Assembly (NCBI RefSeq): GCF_006345805.1
Contig: NC_043015.1
Location: 41,044,001 to 41,108,000, forward strand
DNA from: Octopus sinensis
Taxonomy: Eukaryota
Direction of reading: 5' to 3'
DNA length: 64,000 nucleotides
Below the pieces are notes generated by a model. That model was not told where the DNA came from. It saw only the letters and a list, made by a program, of their open reading frames with translations, and ran no database searches. Below are positions 50,213-64,000 of this stretch, piece by piece. Position 1 is the stretch's first letter; the number at the start of each line of letters is the position of its first letter. The translations under genes and the position numbers were made by a program.

Positions 50213-50286
50213 GATTGAAAACATTGATAAATGGTGCAGAGATCTGAAGATTTTGTATCTCCAGTGTAACCTGATTCCCAAAATAG
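50213..50286 (+). CDS. DNAAF11: DNAAF11 exon 3 (LRR)
   Basis: tttcag|[24 protein letters not shown]|gtgagt. Confidence 0.95.
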
Positions 50287-51198
50287 GTGAGTGGTGTGGA
50301 ACCAGATTCAGTTTACGATAAATATATCCAAGAATATAAAGGAGAGGTTTTTGTTTGTTTTTTTTTTCAGTTGTGCAGAAATTAAGGAAGGGACATTATC
50401 TTTACATTATTAGATTTTTTCAAAAAATAAATATGGACATGGACACAGCTGTGTGGTTAAGAAGTTTGCTTCCCAATCACATGGTGCCAGGTTCAGTCCC
50501 GTTGGGCGGCACCTGGAGCAAGTGTCTTCTACTATAGCCCTGAGCTGACCAAAGCCTTGTGAGTGAAATAGGTTGATGGAAACTGAAAGAAGACTGTCAT
50601 AGGTGTATATCATCATCATCATCATCTTTATTACCATCATCATTTAACATCCATCTTCCACACTGCTATGGGTTGGATGGTTTGACAGAGTCTGACAAAT
50701 GGAAGGACTGCACCAGACTCTGCCCTGATTTGGCATGATTTTTATGGCTGGATGCTCTTCCAAATGCCAACCACTTTACAAAGTGGCCTGGATGCTTTTT
50801 ACATAGCACCAGCACTGGCAGGGTAACCAAGTAACCCACATATATGTGTGTGAGAATTGGTTTGGTAGCTGGGAATGCACCTGGGTCCCAAAGGGAATTT
50901 TGGTTCTCAGTCTTTTGCTTTCTCAGTCACTCACTCTGTCTGTCTGTTTGCCTGTCAGTCTGTTTCTCTGACTCAGTTTCTGACGCCCCTTGGCGGACTC
51001 ATAGCTCACCGCTGTTCAGAAAGGCCGCGCTTTCACGGTTCGTATTCGTACTGAAAATCGAGATCGCGCAAGCTTTTCTCTCTCTTTCTCTCACCCTCTC
51101 TCTCTCATTTCTTTATCGCTGTCTGCCTCTCTTTCTCTCCCCCCTCTCTCTCTCAACTTCTTTATCTCTGTCTGCCTCTCTCTCTCTCTTTATTCCAG

Positions 51199-51276
51199 AA
51201 CATGTCAACAGACTAAAGAAGTTGGAATACTTAAATCTGGCCCTCAATAATATCGAACGGATCGAGAATATAGAAG
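51199..51276 (+). CDS. DNAAF11: DNAAF11 exon 4 (LRR)
   Basis: ttccag|(E)[25 protein letters not shown](G)|gtcagt. Confidence 0.95.
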
Positions 51277-51636
51277 GTCAGTTGACAAAGGTTTTATGTG
51301 ACCCTTCTTCTTTCCTGCAAACCAATGCCATACCCCAAAACCTTTGAACCCACTCAGGACCACAAGGGCATCTCAACATGGTTACTGGCCCTGCTAAAAA
51401 CAACAGCCAAATATCCCTCAAATTCCAAACTACTACCTTCAATAAAAAGAATAAATTAGACAATGTAGACCCTGATGTATAAAAGAAATTGAATGGTCAT
51501 GGCTGACCAGGAGGCCTGGGAGCATTATAGGCCTTCTGGTTGAGCAGGATTAACCCAGGGCTAAACAGCAACACTCACAACCTTGATACCATGAGTCAAG
51601 AAGAGAACCTGTCTGGGGTCATGTGACAATGTAGTC

Positions 51637-52035
51637 ATAACATGGCAGTCCTGGTTTAGGACGAATGTTGTTGTAATTCAGTCCCAGAAGAAATTGTCTC
51701 CAGCTGGCTATACGACATGATCTGTGTCCTTATATTTTCAGACAAGGGCATTTAGCGCCCCCAACTGGTCACTGACCTATAAAATAGACTAGCTGACACT
51801 TTGAAAACTATATATTTCGAACAGGAATTTGGCAGTGCCACCTCTAGCCGAACAGTTATTCTGTGCTGATGAAGGGAAATAACCTGGAATTCGCAATACA
51901 CAGATATTGTTTTGAGCTGAGTGCTAAATGTTCGAAAGTATAAGGACACAAATTGTGTCATATAGCTGGAGACGATTTCTCCTGGGACTAAATTACAACA
52001 ACATTCATCCTAAACCAGGACTGTCATGTTATGTT
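51637..52035. mobile_element. foldback element, about 110-bp inverted arms
   Basis: ATAACATGGCAGTCCTGGTTTAGGA... versus ...TCCTAAACCAGGACTGTCATGTTAT; single arms of the same family at about 14500-14630 and 36555-36630. Confidence 0.7.
51860..51904 (+). ncRNA. hammerhead motif family 4 (A13G) in the loop of a foldback element
   Basis: TCTGTG-CTGATGA-AGG(GAAATAA)CCT-GGA-ATT(CGC)AAT-A-CACAGA. Confidence 0.55.
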
Positions 52036-52598
52036 GGCAAATAATCTTTACTCTAGTGTGCTGAATCTAAATTTTGCTGAACTTATATATGTATATATAT
52101 ATGTGTGTGTATATATATATATATATATAACTTATAAGAATTTTATTTTTAGATATATCTGGGGTACTTATATGTACTCATGATTTTTGCTTCGGCTTTT
52201 TTCCATGGGCACATGTAAGTATCTTATTTATATCCTTTCGTATTTTCTACTGAAGAGGAAAGAATCTTTTATGAGATTAATTCCGAAATTGATTCAATAT
52301 AGAAATAACGAACTTTTATAAAAAATTCTATCGGCTGGCTTTCCTCGATTTCAGTTCTTCATGTTTTTTTCCTGCAGCGAGTAAATAATATGTAGAAATT
52401 GACGATTTAAAAGTCTGTTATCAGCATATTGGTATTGAAATAATTTTCTTTAGCCCTTACTTATAAGTTGTTTATAATTTTAACCGTAAAGGTATTTTAA
52501 TATGCTGCCACATTGTTTGATGGAATTTTTTTCTGTAAAAAAAAACTTCATCCTATATTAGTAGTATATATATATATATTATTTTATATATATATATA

Positions 52599-52687
<89 letters not shown>

Positions 52688-52704
52688 GTATATATATGTA
52701 TATA

Positions 52705-52763
<59 letters not shown>

Positions 52764-52780
52764 GTATATATGTGTATATA

Positions 52781-52819
<39 letters not shown>

Positions 52820-52944
52820 CTATATATATGCATACATGCAGTGCAGTAGCACCAGCAGTAGTGTCATGGCAGTGAGTTCTGGAATTTTATTCTCCATTGT
52901 TCATCTCACCTGAGCTTCCTAGAGAGTCACTGTTGGAGACTAAA

Positions 52945-53830
52945 GTATCATGTTATGAAAGGGGGCAGGTGGGTGGGTGTGGTGTGGAGTGGTGGAATAC
53001 CACAAATACAAGGTGGTGGTGGTGGTAGTGGAGTCGGGGGGTGGCACTAGTTGTGTTGTTGTTGTTGTTGGTGGTGGTGTTGTTGTTGGTGGAGGGAGTT
53101 GTAAGGGTGTGTGGTAGTGGAAGATGGTGAATGTAGGGGGCGGGTGACATGGGTGGCAATTTTGTGGGTGGGTGGGTTGGTGTTGGTATGGAGTAGCGGG
53201 GGTGTGGGTGGGGGTGTCAGTAAGTAATGTTGACTTTAAAAAAACCACCAACCACCACCACCACCACCACCAACCACCACCACCACCCACCACCCACCAC
53301 CCACCACCACCACAACCACCACCACCCACCACCACCACCCACCACCACCCACCACCACCACCACCACCACCCACCACCACCACCCACCACCACCACCCAC
53401 CACCACCACCCACCCACCCTGGTGCTCTACATGATTGCTGGCACTAAGTAGGAAAACAGAGACCACCATTGTTCAGGACAGAGGAATGAAAGGGGAGGGG
53501 GAGGGGGGCGAAGCAAAATATGTGTGTGTGGTGGTGGTGGTGGTGGTGGTGATGATGATGATAACGGTGGTGGTATGGATGTGGTGGTGACGGTGGGAGT
53601 GGTGGTGGTGGTGTCCATTGTAGTAGTGATGATGATGCTGATGATGATAATGGTGGTAGTATGGATGTGGTGGTGGTGGTGGTGGTGGTGGTGGTGGTGG
53701 TGACAGTGGTGGTGGTGTCAGCAGTTGTGGTGAGGAGGATGATGATGATGGTAGTGGTGGCAGCGGCAGTGGTGGTATAAAGGGGTTGGGATTGGCGGGT
53801 GGGTGGTTGGAGGTAGCAGAGGTAAGTAAT
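52945..53830. repeat. (GGT)n/(CCA)n microsatellite cluster in opposing orientations
   Basis: GGT-rich, CCA-rich (53246-53418) and GGT-rich blocks in succession. Confidence 0.85.
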
Positions 53831-54061
53831 TAATTGGGCAACCCTGCTTGTCTGTCTGACTGTAGGACTGTCCCCCCCACCCCACCCCCGTAGTTTATGT
53901 CTGTTTGTCTCTCAGTCTCTCCCTCACACACACACACACACACATGTTGTTATTGTTGTTTGAGTAAAGAAACCAGAAATACAAGCTTCTCAATCCAAAG
54001 TTGGATTTATGTATTTATAGGAACCAAGCATTTCTTCCCATTGTTACTCTGACGTTCCTAA

Positions 54062-54108
<47 letters not shown>

Positions 54109-55354
54109 GTATGTGTGCATGCATATACATACACACACATACACACACACACATATTTACACACACATTTCTTTTATTTTTTACTTGTTTCAGTTATTAG
54201 ACTGTGACCATACTGGAGCAAGAAAGAATTTTAGTCAAGCAAATTGACCCCAGTTCTTATTTTTGTTTTTTTAAAGCCTGGTACTTATTTTATCACTCTC
54301 TTTTGCCGAACTGCTACCTCACGAGGATGTAAACTCACCAACACCGGTTGCCGAGTGGTGGTGGTGGTGGGGACATAAACACACATACACACGCACATAC
54401 ATACATACACACACACATACATACACACATAGATACATACATACATACATACATAGATACATACACACATACATACACACATACATACACACATAGATAC
54501 ATACATACATACATACATACACACATAGATACATACATACATACACACATACATACATACATAGATACATACATACATACATACATACATACATACATAA
54601 TACATACATACATACATACATACACACACACATACATACATACATACATACATACACACATAGATACATACATACATACATACATACATACATACATACA
54701 TACATACATACATACATACATACATACATACATAGACAGACAGATAGATAGACAGAGAGACAGACAGACAGATAGATAGATAGATAGATAGATAGACAGA
54801 CAGTTAGACAGACAGATAGACAGACAGACATAGTTAGAGAGATAGATAGACAGATAGACATATGATGGACTTCATTCAGTTTCCATCTACCAAATCCACT
54901 GACGAAGCATTGGTCACTTGAGGCTTTAATAGAAGACACTTGCCCAAGGTGCCAAGCAGTGGGACTGAACTGCAGAGCAGGCAGTTTTCCTCTGACTAGT
55001 GACTATGGTGAAAGAACTTGTATGGTAGATGAGGCTGAAAATATTTGAGAGCAGACTGAACCTGGAACCATGTGGTTGGGAAGCAAGCTTCTTACCACAC
55101 AGCCAAATAATCCTTTCCACCATAAAGCATAAACCCTGAAGTCTTGGGAAAGACCATTGGTCAGTTTCCTCGACCTCAGTGCTTGACTGATATTATTTTA
55201 TCGAGCCTGGAAGGTCGAAAAGCAAATTCGACATTGACAGGATTTGAACTGCAATCATAAAGCCAGATGAAATTCCACTAAGCATTTTGTCCCCGGGGGG
55301 CCCTAACGATTCTGCCAGCTTGCCTCATTGAATAATAATCATAACAATGATGAT

Positions 55355-55385
<31 letters not shown>

Positions 55386-55450
55386 ACGATGGTGATAATG
55401 ATGATGGTGATGATGGTGATGAATTAATGAATTAGATTCCTGTTTTCCAG

Positions 55451-55547
55451 GTTGTGAGTCTCTTCGGAAACTCGATCTGACAGTTAACTTCGTCGGGGAA
55501 ATAACGAGCATCAAATGTCTCCGGAATCTTGTACACTTCAATGAACT
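55451..55547 (+). CDS. DNAAF11: DNAAF11 exon 5, copy A
   Basis: ttccag|[31 protein letters not shown](L)|gtaagt; 97 nt. Confidence 0.85.
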
Positions 55548-56639
55548 GTAAGTATCGATTTCTTTACACTCGTTGTAGTGGTGGTGGTGGTGGTGGTGGT
55601 GGTGGTGGTGGTGGTGGTAGTGGTGGTGGTGGTGGGGTGATGGTGGTGGTGGGGACATAAACACACATACACACGCACATACATACATACACACACACAT
55701 ACATACACACATAGATACATACATACATACATACATAGATACATACACACATACATACACACATACATACACACATAGATACATACATACATACATACAT
55801 ACACACATAGATACATACATACATACACACATACATACACACATAGATACATACATACATACATACATACATACATACTTACATACATACATACATACAT
55901 ACATACACACACACATACATACATACATACATACATACACACATAGATACATACATACATACATACATACATACATACATACATACATACATACATACAT
56001 ACATACATACATACATAGACAGACAGATAGATAGACAGAGAGACAGACAGACAGATAGATAGATAGATAGATAGATAGACAGACAGTTAGACAGACAGAT
56101 AGACAGACAGACATAGTTAGAGAGATAGATAGACAGATAGACATATGATGGACTTCATTCAGTTTCCATCTACCAAATCCACTGACGAAGCATTGGTCAC
56201 TTGAGGCTTTAATAGAAGACACTTGCCCAAGGTGCCAAGCAGTGGGACTGAACTGCAGAGCAGGCAGTTTTCCTCTTGACTAGTGACTATGGTGAAAGAA
56301 CTTGTATGGTAGATGAGGCTGAAAATATTTGAGAGCAGACTGAACCTGGAACCATGTGGTTGGGAAGCAAGCTTCTTACCACACAGCCAAATAATCCTTT
56401 CCACCATAAAGCATAAACCCTGAAGTCTTGGGAAAGACCATTGGTCAGTTTCCTCGACCTCAGTGCTTGACTGATAATTATTTTATCGAGCCTGGAAGGT
56501 CGAAAAGCAAATTCGACATTGACAGGATTTGAACTGCAATCATAAAGCCAGATGAAATTCCACTAAGCATTTTGTCCCCGGGGGGCCCTAACGATTCTGC
56601 CAGCTTGCCTCATTGAATAATAATCATAACAATGATGAT

Positions 56640-56670
<31 letters not shown>

Positions 56671-56735
56671 ACGATGGTGATAATGATGATGGTGATGATG
56701 GTGATGAATTAATGAATTAGATTCCTGTTTTCCAG

Positions 56736-56832
56736 GTTGTGAGTCTCTTCGGAAACTCGATCTGACAGTTAACTTCGTCGGGGAAATAACGAGCATCAAA
56801 TGTCTCCGGAATCTTGTACACTTCAATGAACT
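56736..56832 (+). CDS. DNAAF11: DNAAF11 exon 5, copy B (identical duplicate)
   Basis: Same 97-nt exon and splice sites as copy A, 1285 nt downstream. Confidence 0.85.
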
Positions 56833-58169
56833 GTAAGTATCGATTTCTTTACACTCGTTGTAGTGGTGGTGGTGGTGGTGGTGGTGGTGGTGGTGGTAGT
56901 GGTGGTGGTGGTGGTGGTGATGGTGGTGGTGGGGGTACTAGTAACAGTGGTGGTGGTACTAGTAACAGTGGTGGTGGTGGTGATGGTGGTGGTGGTGGTG
57001 GTGGTGATGGTGGTAGTACTAGTAACAGTGGTAGTGGTGGTGGTGATGGTGGTGTTCTTCTGGTAGTAGTAGTAGTAGTAATGGTGGTGGCGGTGTTCTT
57101 CTGGAGTCTGGAGCAACCTTCCACCAGGCCAGCCCCAGTCAAACCGTCCAACCCATTTATTACATTTACATATTTGATTTTGAATAATTGTTGTTATATT
57201 ATTTCACAGGAAATTTTTAATGTTATAAGGTTGTTTAAGTAAAATATTTTATTTGATTTGATAAGTTGTAGTTTTAGAAGATTAGTTCCTTTGATCTCTA
57301 GATCAGTATGTATTTTTAGGGTCAGATATATGGAGGGGTTAGGGTTAGGGTTAAGTGGTTTATGATCGTATTGATTTTGTCCATGTTAGTTTGGACAACG
57401 GACGTTAAATGATGATGATGATGATGAAGATGATGATGATGATACTTAACCTGGGGAGGTTCCTGTACTTGGGTTGATGTACCTGAATGACACCTGACCC
57501 CTGACCCTTGACCCCTAAAATTTCTGCCTTGGTTTCTGGGCCTAGTGTAATGGATGTTAGCAGAATGATGGATTAAAATTTCTTGTAGATTTTGCATTCC
57601 AAGATTAAATCCAGCTGAGGTCCATTTTTAATATTCCATGTTTTGAAGTTTGGAAAGGGCATGAATGCTACAAAATCCACCTTTTTTTTCTCTTCTTATC
57701 TACTCATAGGCCCAGAAACCAAGGGTACAGGCGATGCGAGCACACCTAAAAAGTGATCTGTAAAAAGTGGCTTAACTCTTTAGTGTTCAGAATACTCTGT
57801 TAAATGTAATACCTTTTCACTCAAATTGTTTTGAATTAATCATGCATTATCTTATAGCTTTGAGGTTTCAATGATGTGATTGTTTATTTTTAGAATGACA
57901 TTGTAGGTTAGGAGTGAGAGGCTAGATATCGCCAGTTTGAATATAAAACATGTAGAATATATTGGGCCAGATTTGGCCAGTTTAAATACTAAAAGGTTAA
58001 AGTTAGTTTTCTTCTCAAAGAACAAAGAACAAAAATAAATAAAAAGACAAGAGCTTGTTTATAAAAACTTTTGGGCCTGGGTTTGCAGCCCCAAAGCAAA
58101 TTTCATTCCTGAGCCAGTGTCACTACTATAGGATCAATAAAAGAGATTTTCTTTTTTTTTTTTCCTCAG

Positions 58170-58245
58170 ATATTTAATTGGGAATCCTTGTGCTGACTTC
58201 GATGGTTACCAACACTACGTTATTGTCATTCTGCCAAACTTGAAG
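58170..58245 (+). CDS. DNAAF11: DNAAF11 exon 6 (LRR cap); gene continues beyond the window
   Basis: cctcag|[25 protein letters not shown]|gtaaaa; LRRcap GNP..Y..YV motif. Confidence 0.93.
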
Positions 58246-58275
58246 GTAAAATTCTTACCATGATGATGATGATGT

Positions 58276-58306
<31 letters not shown>

Positions 58307-58545
58307 AGACAGGCAGGCAGGCAGGCAGGCAGACAGACAGACAGACAGATGGATGGATGGATGGATGGACAGATGGACGGACGGACAGATGGACAGACGG
58401 ATAGGTAGATATATAGATAGAAAGATGGATGGATGGATGGATGGATGGATAGATAGATAGATAGATAGAGAGATAGATAGATAGATAGATGGATGGATGG
58501 ATGGATGGATGGATGGACGGACGGACGGACGGACGGACGGATAGG

Positions 58546-58581
<36 letters not shown>

Positions 58582-59225
58582 AAGATAGATGAGTAGATAG
58601 ATAGATATGCATGTGTGTTTGTATTTCATTCTTTTGAGGTCATGTGGTAGTTGTAAAAGAGTGTCCCTGTTACACAAGTGGTGTCCTTCATTCCCAGTCT
58701 GTCGTGGATTCCTCTTCTGTGATGGAAACAAGGCAAAAGCTAGTCACTGAAAGGGCGTCCATCCATAGAGGATCTGTCTAGATAAACTCCATCTGACCCA
58801 TGCAAGCAATGAAAAGTGGACATTAAAACTATGATGATATGTATGGGTGTACCTGATTGGATAAATGTATGTGTGTGTGTGTATTTGTATGTGTGTGTGT
58901 GTGCCTTTGTGTGTCTGTATTTGTGTGTGTGTGTATTTGTGTTTGTGTATTTGTGTATGTGTGTATTTGTGTGTGTGTATATTTGTGTGCGTGTATAATT
59001 GCGTGTGTATTTGTGTGTGTGTTTGTATGTGTGTATTTGTGTGTGTATGTCTATTTGTGTGTGTGTGTGTGTGTGTATTTGCATGTGTGTATGTCTGTGT
59101 GTGTTTGTGTATATGCATTTGTGTGTGTGTGTGTGTGTGTGTGTATTTGTATTCTTTTCTTTTACTTGTTTCCGTCAGTATACTGTGACCTAGAATTACC
59201 AAACAATACACATCTCCACACACAC

Positions 59226-59269
<44 letters not shown>

Positions 59270-59619
59270 CACACACACGTATGTTATATATGATTTTAAA
59301 TCTAAATATATACATATGTATATATATGTAGGTACGAATTTAGAATCACAAAAGTATGTATACATGCTTTGCTATTTACAAATATACGTGTATCAACACA
59401 CGTACGTATATATATATACACTGATTTACATAAACTGTTAACATGTTGACTAACAGACACACACATACTCTTATATACATATACTCACATGTCCATATGT
59501 ATGTATACAGGTGTACATACACACGCTTACTGCATACGCCCCTGTATATATTAACATAAATATGCATATATTTACATATATATATATAGACATAATAACA
59601 AGAAAAAGGCGATACATCC

Positions 59620-59737
59620 TTACATACTTACCTATGTACATACATACATACATACATACATACATACATACTTACATACATACATACTTACATACATACA
59701 TACATACATACATACACATACTGACATACATACATAC

Positions 59738-59768
<31 letters not shown>

Positions 59769-59823
59769 CTTACATCATACATACTTACATACATACATAC
59801 ATACATACATAATACATACATAC

Positions 59824-59854
<31 letters not shown>

Positions 59855-59889
59855 CATACATACATACAACATAACTTACATACATATAC

Positions 59890-59920
<31 letters not shown>

Positions 59921-59937
59921 CTTACATACATACGTAC

Positions 59938-59968
<31 letters not shown>

Positions 59969-60050
59969 CATACATACATACATACTTACATACATACATA
60001 CTTACATACATACATACATAATACATACATACATACTACATACATACTAC

Positions 60051-60081
<31 letters not shown>

Positions 60082-60086
60082 CATAC

Positions 60087-60117
<31 letters not shown>

Positions 60118-60162
60118 CATACATACATACATACATACATACATACTTACATACATACATAC

Positions 60163-60193
<31 letters not shown>

Positions 60194-60210
60194 CTTACAT
60201 ACATACAAAC

Positions 60211-60241
<31 letters not shown>

Positions 60242-60270
60242 CATACATACATACTTACATACATACATAC

Positions 60271-60301
<31 letters not shown>

Positions 60302-60322
60302 CATACATACATACATACATAC

Positions 60323-60353
<31 letters not shown>

Positions 60354-60398
60354 CATACATACATACATACATACATACATACTTACATACATACATAC

Positions 60399-60429
<31 letters not shown>

Positions 60430-60887
60430 CATACGACGTACATACATACATACAGAATACATACATACATCACTACATACATACTTACATACATACATAC
60501 ACATACATACACATACATACATACATACATACATACATACATACATACATACATACATACATACATACATACACATACATACACATACATACATACATAC
60601 ATACATACATACATACATACATACATACACATACATACATACATGCATACATATATACATACATACATGCATACATACATACATACATACATACATACAT
60701 GCATACATACATACATACATGCATACATACATACATACATACATACATACATGCATACATACATGCATACATGCATACATACATACATACATACATACAT
60801 ACATACATACATACATACATACATACATACATGCATACATACATACAAGCATACATGCATACATACATACATACATACATGCATACA

Positions 60888-60921
<34 letters not shown>

Positions 60922-61040
60922 CATACATACATACATACATATATACATACATATATACATACATACACACACATACCTACATACATACATACATATATAC
61001 ATATATACATACATACATACATATATACATACATATATGT
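59620..61040 (+). repeat. about 1.4-kb (ACAT)n microsatellite
   Basis: Direct reading; ACTT, ACAC and GCAT variant units form zones. Confidence 0.95.
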
Positions 61041-62089
61041 GCGTGAGAAGACCCGGAAAGACCAGTGAGAACATGACCTGTGGCCTACATGCCTTTCCTT
61101 CTTGGAACATCAATGGAAATTGCAGCTGTGGTTAAGCAAACCATCCGATTGTGGCCGTTGCCAGCGCTGCCCCGACTAGCCTCCATGCCGGTGGCACGTA
61201 AAAGCACCATCCGTTCATGACCGTTTGCCAGCCTCGTCTGGCTCCCGTGCCGGTGGCATGTAAAAGCACCATCCGTTCGTGGCCATTTGCCAGCTCCGTC
61301 TGGCACCTGTGCGGGTGGCACGTAAAAAGCACCCACTACACTCGCGGAATGGTTGGCGTTAGGAAGGGCATCCAGCTGTAGAAACACTGCCAGATCAGAC
61401 TGGGTCTGATGCAGCCTTCTGGCTTCACAGACCCCAGTTAAACCGTCCAACCCATGCTAGCATGGAAGACGGACGCTAAATGATGATGATGATGATGATG
61501 ATACGTACATACAGACAAACACTCTTACACACATACATTCACATATTTATATATACATATTTATATATACATATTTATATATACATATTTATATATACAT
61601 ACATGCATACATGAACATGTAAAGGCACTTTGATAAAGTGTACTCAGGCATACACATATCCAAACACATACACACACACACACATGATTAAACATACACA
61701 CACTTGCACAAACATATGCACATTCAAACTCATACGTATACATATATACACTGACACATGCATACACACACACAAATAGGCACATACATACACACACTCT
61801 CTAACATATACAGGTACGCGCACACATGTACATCAAACTCAAACACACACATATTCAAACACATACATATGCAATACTCTTACATGCTTGCACACAAACA
61901 TATTTAAATAGATATACACTCAGACACACACACACACACTCACACATATACACTCAGATACACACACACATTCGTACACACACATACACTGACATATTCA
62001 CACACAAATATATCTGATCATATTTCATGCTTTATCTCTTCCTACCTGATAAGTTCTGCCTCTTTTTGTGTGTGTGTGTGCGTGTGTGC

Positions 62090-62133
<44 letters not shown>

Positions 62134-62271
62134 TTTAGTATATATACAAAAAATATATATGTATATATGTATATATATATATATTTGTACACATATATGT
62201 GTGCATATGTATATATATATGTATATTAAACGATGATGATGATGATGATGATATATATGTGTATATATATA

Positions 62272-62321
<50 letters not shown>

Positions 62322-62356
62322 CACATATGCATACATGCACACACACACGCACATAA

Positions 62357-62388
<32 letters not shown>

Positions 62389-62659
62389 GTATGTATTCAT
62401 ACATTCATATATATATGTTGATTCGTACACATATACATACATGTGTATATGTATGTGTGTGTATATGCATATATATAATGTATATGAAGGTGTATACACA
62501 CACACACACACAATCACAGGTACAGTGCACATAAATATACGCTTCCACGCCTCAAACCTCACAACCACATAACCCATCACCACCAACACCGCATATAGCA
62601 ACATACCCCCCCACACGAACTCTCCCACCACCACACACACATGAGTTTATGCATGTGTA

Positions 62660-62696
<37 letters not shown>

Positions 62697-63159
62697 GTCT
62701 GTATGTATATGTGTATTCCTGTATTCTTCGTGTCTACTTAGATAAATACTCCCTTAGCTGACTCAGTTCCTTGCCAAACAAGCAAAACAAACCACAATTT
62801 TTAGCACCCGAGATCTGGTTACAGAAACGGAAAATTTCAAGAGCACAAGCAATGCTGAAGAGATCTTAATTTCCACAGAGAGCACCAAAATGTAGAATGG
62901 AACTAAGTTTGGATTGGAATTTTGGGGGTTGCATTTCTCATAAAAGGGGCCGTCGACTTGGCACAGCTGTTAAGAGTGTCAGGCAAAAAAAACTTTATTG
63001 CAGTATTCTGAGTTCAAATCAGACCGTGGTTTAACTTCTGCTTTCCATCATTCCAGGGGTCAGGGTTGATAAAATACCAGTTATATACTGGGTCTAATTA
63101 TTTCTTTATCTTTTTCTTTTTCTCTTCCACTTTCTTATTACTACTACTACTGCTGGTGC

Positions 63160-63368
63160 AATCGTTATTATCAGTAAGCGGAAAAATAATCCAGAATCCT
63201 TGTCCGGTACTGGATCGATCCCAAAATCTAATCAATTCATGCCAGTCATGAGGCCAAACATCCCTCAAAGTTTCATCTGAATTCATCCAGTGGTTCTTGA
63301 GATATCTTGTCCACAGACAAACAAACAAATGTGACTGAAAACAATACCTCTGCCTTAGCGAAGGCGGA

Positions 63369-63372
<4 letters not shown>
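63160..63372. mobile_element. possible Helentron-associated (HINE-like) element
   Basis: Terminal hairpin CCTCTGCC-TTAGCGAA-GGCGGAGG plus an (ACAA)n tract; resemblance recalled from memory only. Confidence 0.35.
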
Positions 63373-63424
<52 letters not shown>

Positions 63425-64000
63425 TGATGATGATTATGATGATGATAACCCTTTCTACTATAGACGCAAGGTCAGACACTTGTGGTTCTCTAGAGTTTTT
63501 GCATAAGCGACCCTCAAACATTTCCTACCTGTTGCGAGTTATACCTTGTTAAAATGGGATTTTTTTTTTACACAAGCCTGTTTACGCACAAAGCCTCTTC
63601 ACAACACACACGCATGCACACACACTCACACACACACACACACCACACACACACATCAATGTTTTATCATCTGCCATCCATATTTTTCTTGAAGTAAACC
63701 CTTTGTTGTCAATACAGAAATCCTTATTATTATTATTATCATTACTACTACTACTACTACTACTACTACTACCAACACCACCACCACCACTACTGTGTAA
63801 GAGTCTTGGTGGGCATCATTTTGTGTCTCTTTTTTTCCCCATAAGGTTAAGGCTTGATCTAGGGTCTAGTAGCAATTCCATGTTATCTAACATTTTACTA
63901 CAAAAAACAAAACAACCCCAAATGATCTGAAGAAACCAATAAACAGGTTGGGCATGGATGGAACAATGTGCTGTTTGGCAGAGAACAGTTCTTAATAGAA

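Larger units (their letters stand above)
54356..56934 (+). repeat. tandem duplication, about 1.28-kb unit, containing DNAAF11 exon 5
   Basis: Two near-identical units (offset 1282-1285) joined at a GGTGGTGGTGGGG homology. Confidence 0.9.

Noticed and set aside
57336-57355. TTAGGG repeats as an interstitial telomere
   Set aside because: Only two full units plus partial ones; could be chance or part of an unclassified repeat
59511-61046. 511-aa ORF and the overlapping YIHT/MYVC ORFs
   Set aside because: Translation of an (ACAT)n microsatellite; no protein-like content

Overview
AT-rich, microsatellite- and SINE-dense eukaryotic genomic DNA, most likely from an octopus (inferred from the repeat families; not verifiable here). 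Almost all six-frame ORFs are microsatellite artefacts. Reading splice sites by hand gives three spliced genes. (1) A PQ-loop membrane protein gene, SLC66A3/PQLC3-like, on the minus strand: 6 coding exons, 6779->1103, 218 aa, with one U12-type intron. (2) A complete RSPH10B (MORN-repeat radial spoke head protein) on the plus strand: 18 exons, 10431->40594, 860 aa, with an RFX X-box upstream and one apparent GG 5' splice site. (3) The 5' part of DNAAF11/LRRC6 (dynein assembly factor) on the plus strand, 44022->58245 and continuing beyond the window, with a tandemly duplicated 97-nt exon. Introns hold tRNA-derived SINEs, mariner/Tc1/pogo/hAT/MULE-type MITEs, LINE fragments (including a 5'-inverted RTE insertion) and at least four repeat families carrying minimal type I hammerhead-ribozyme motifs of the Penelope-like-element kind. 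One of these motifs, and possibly two more, lies at the centre of a long DNA foldback.
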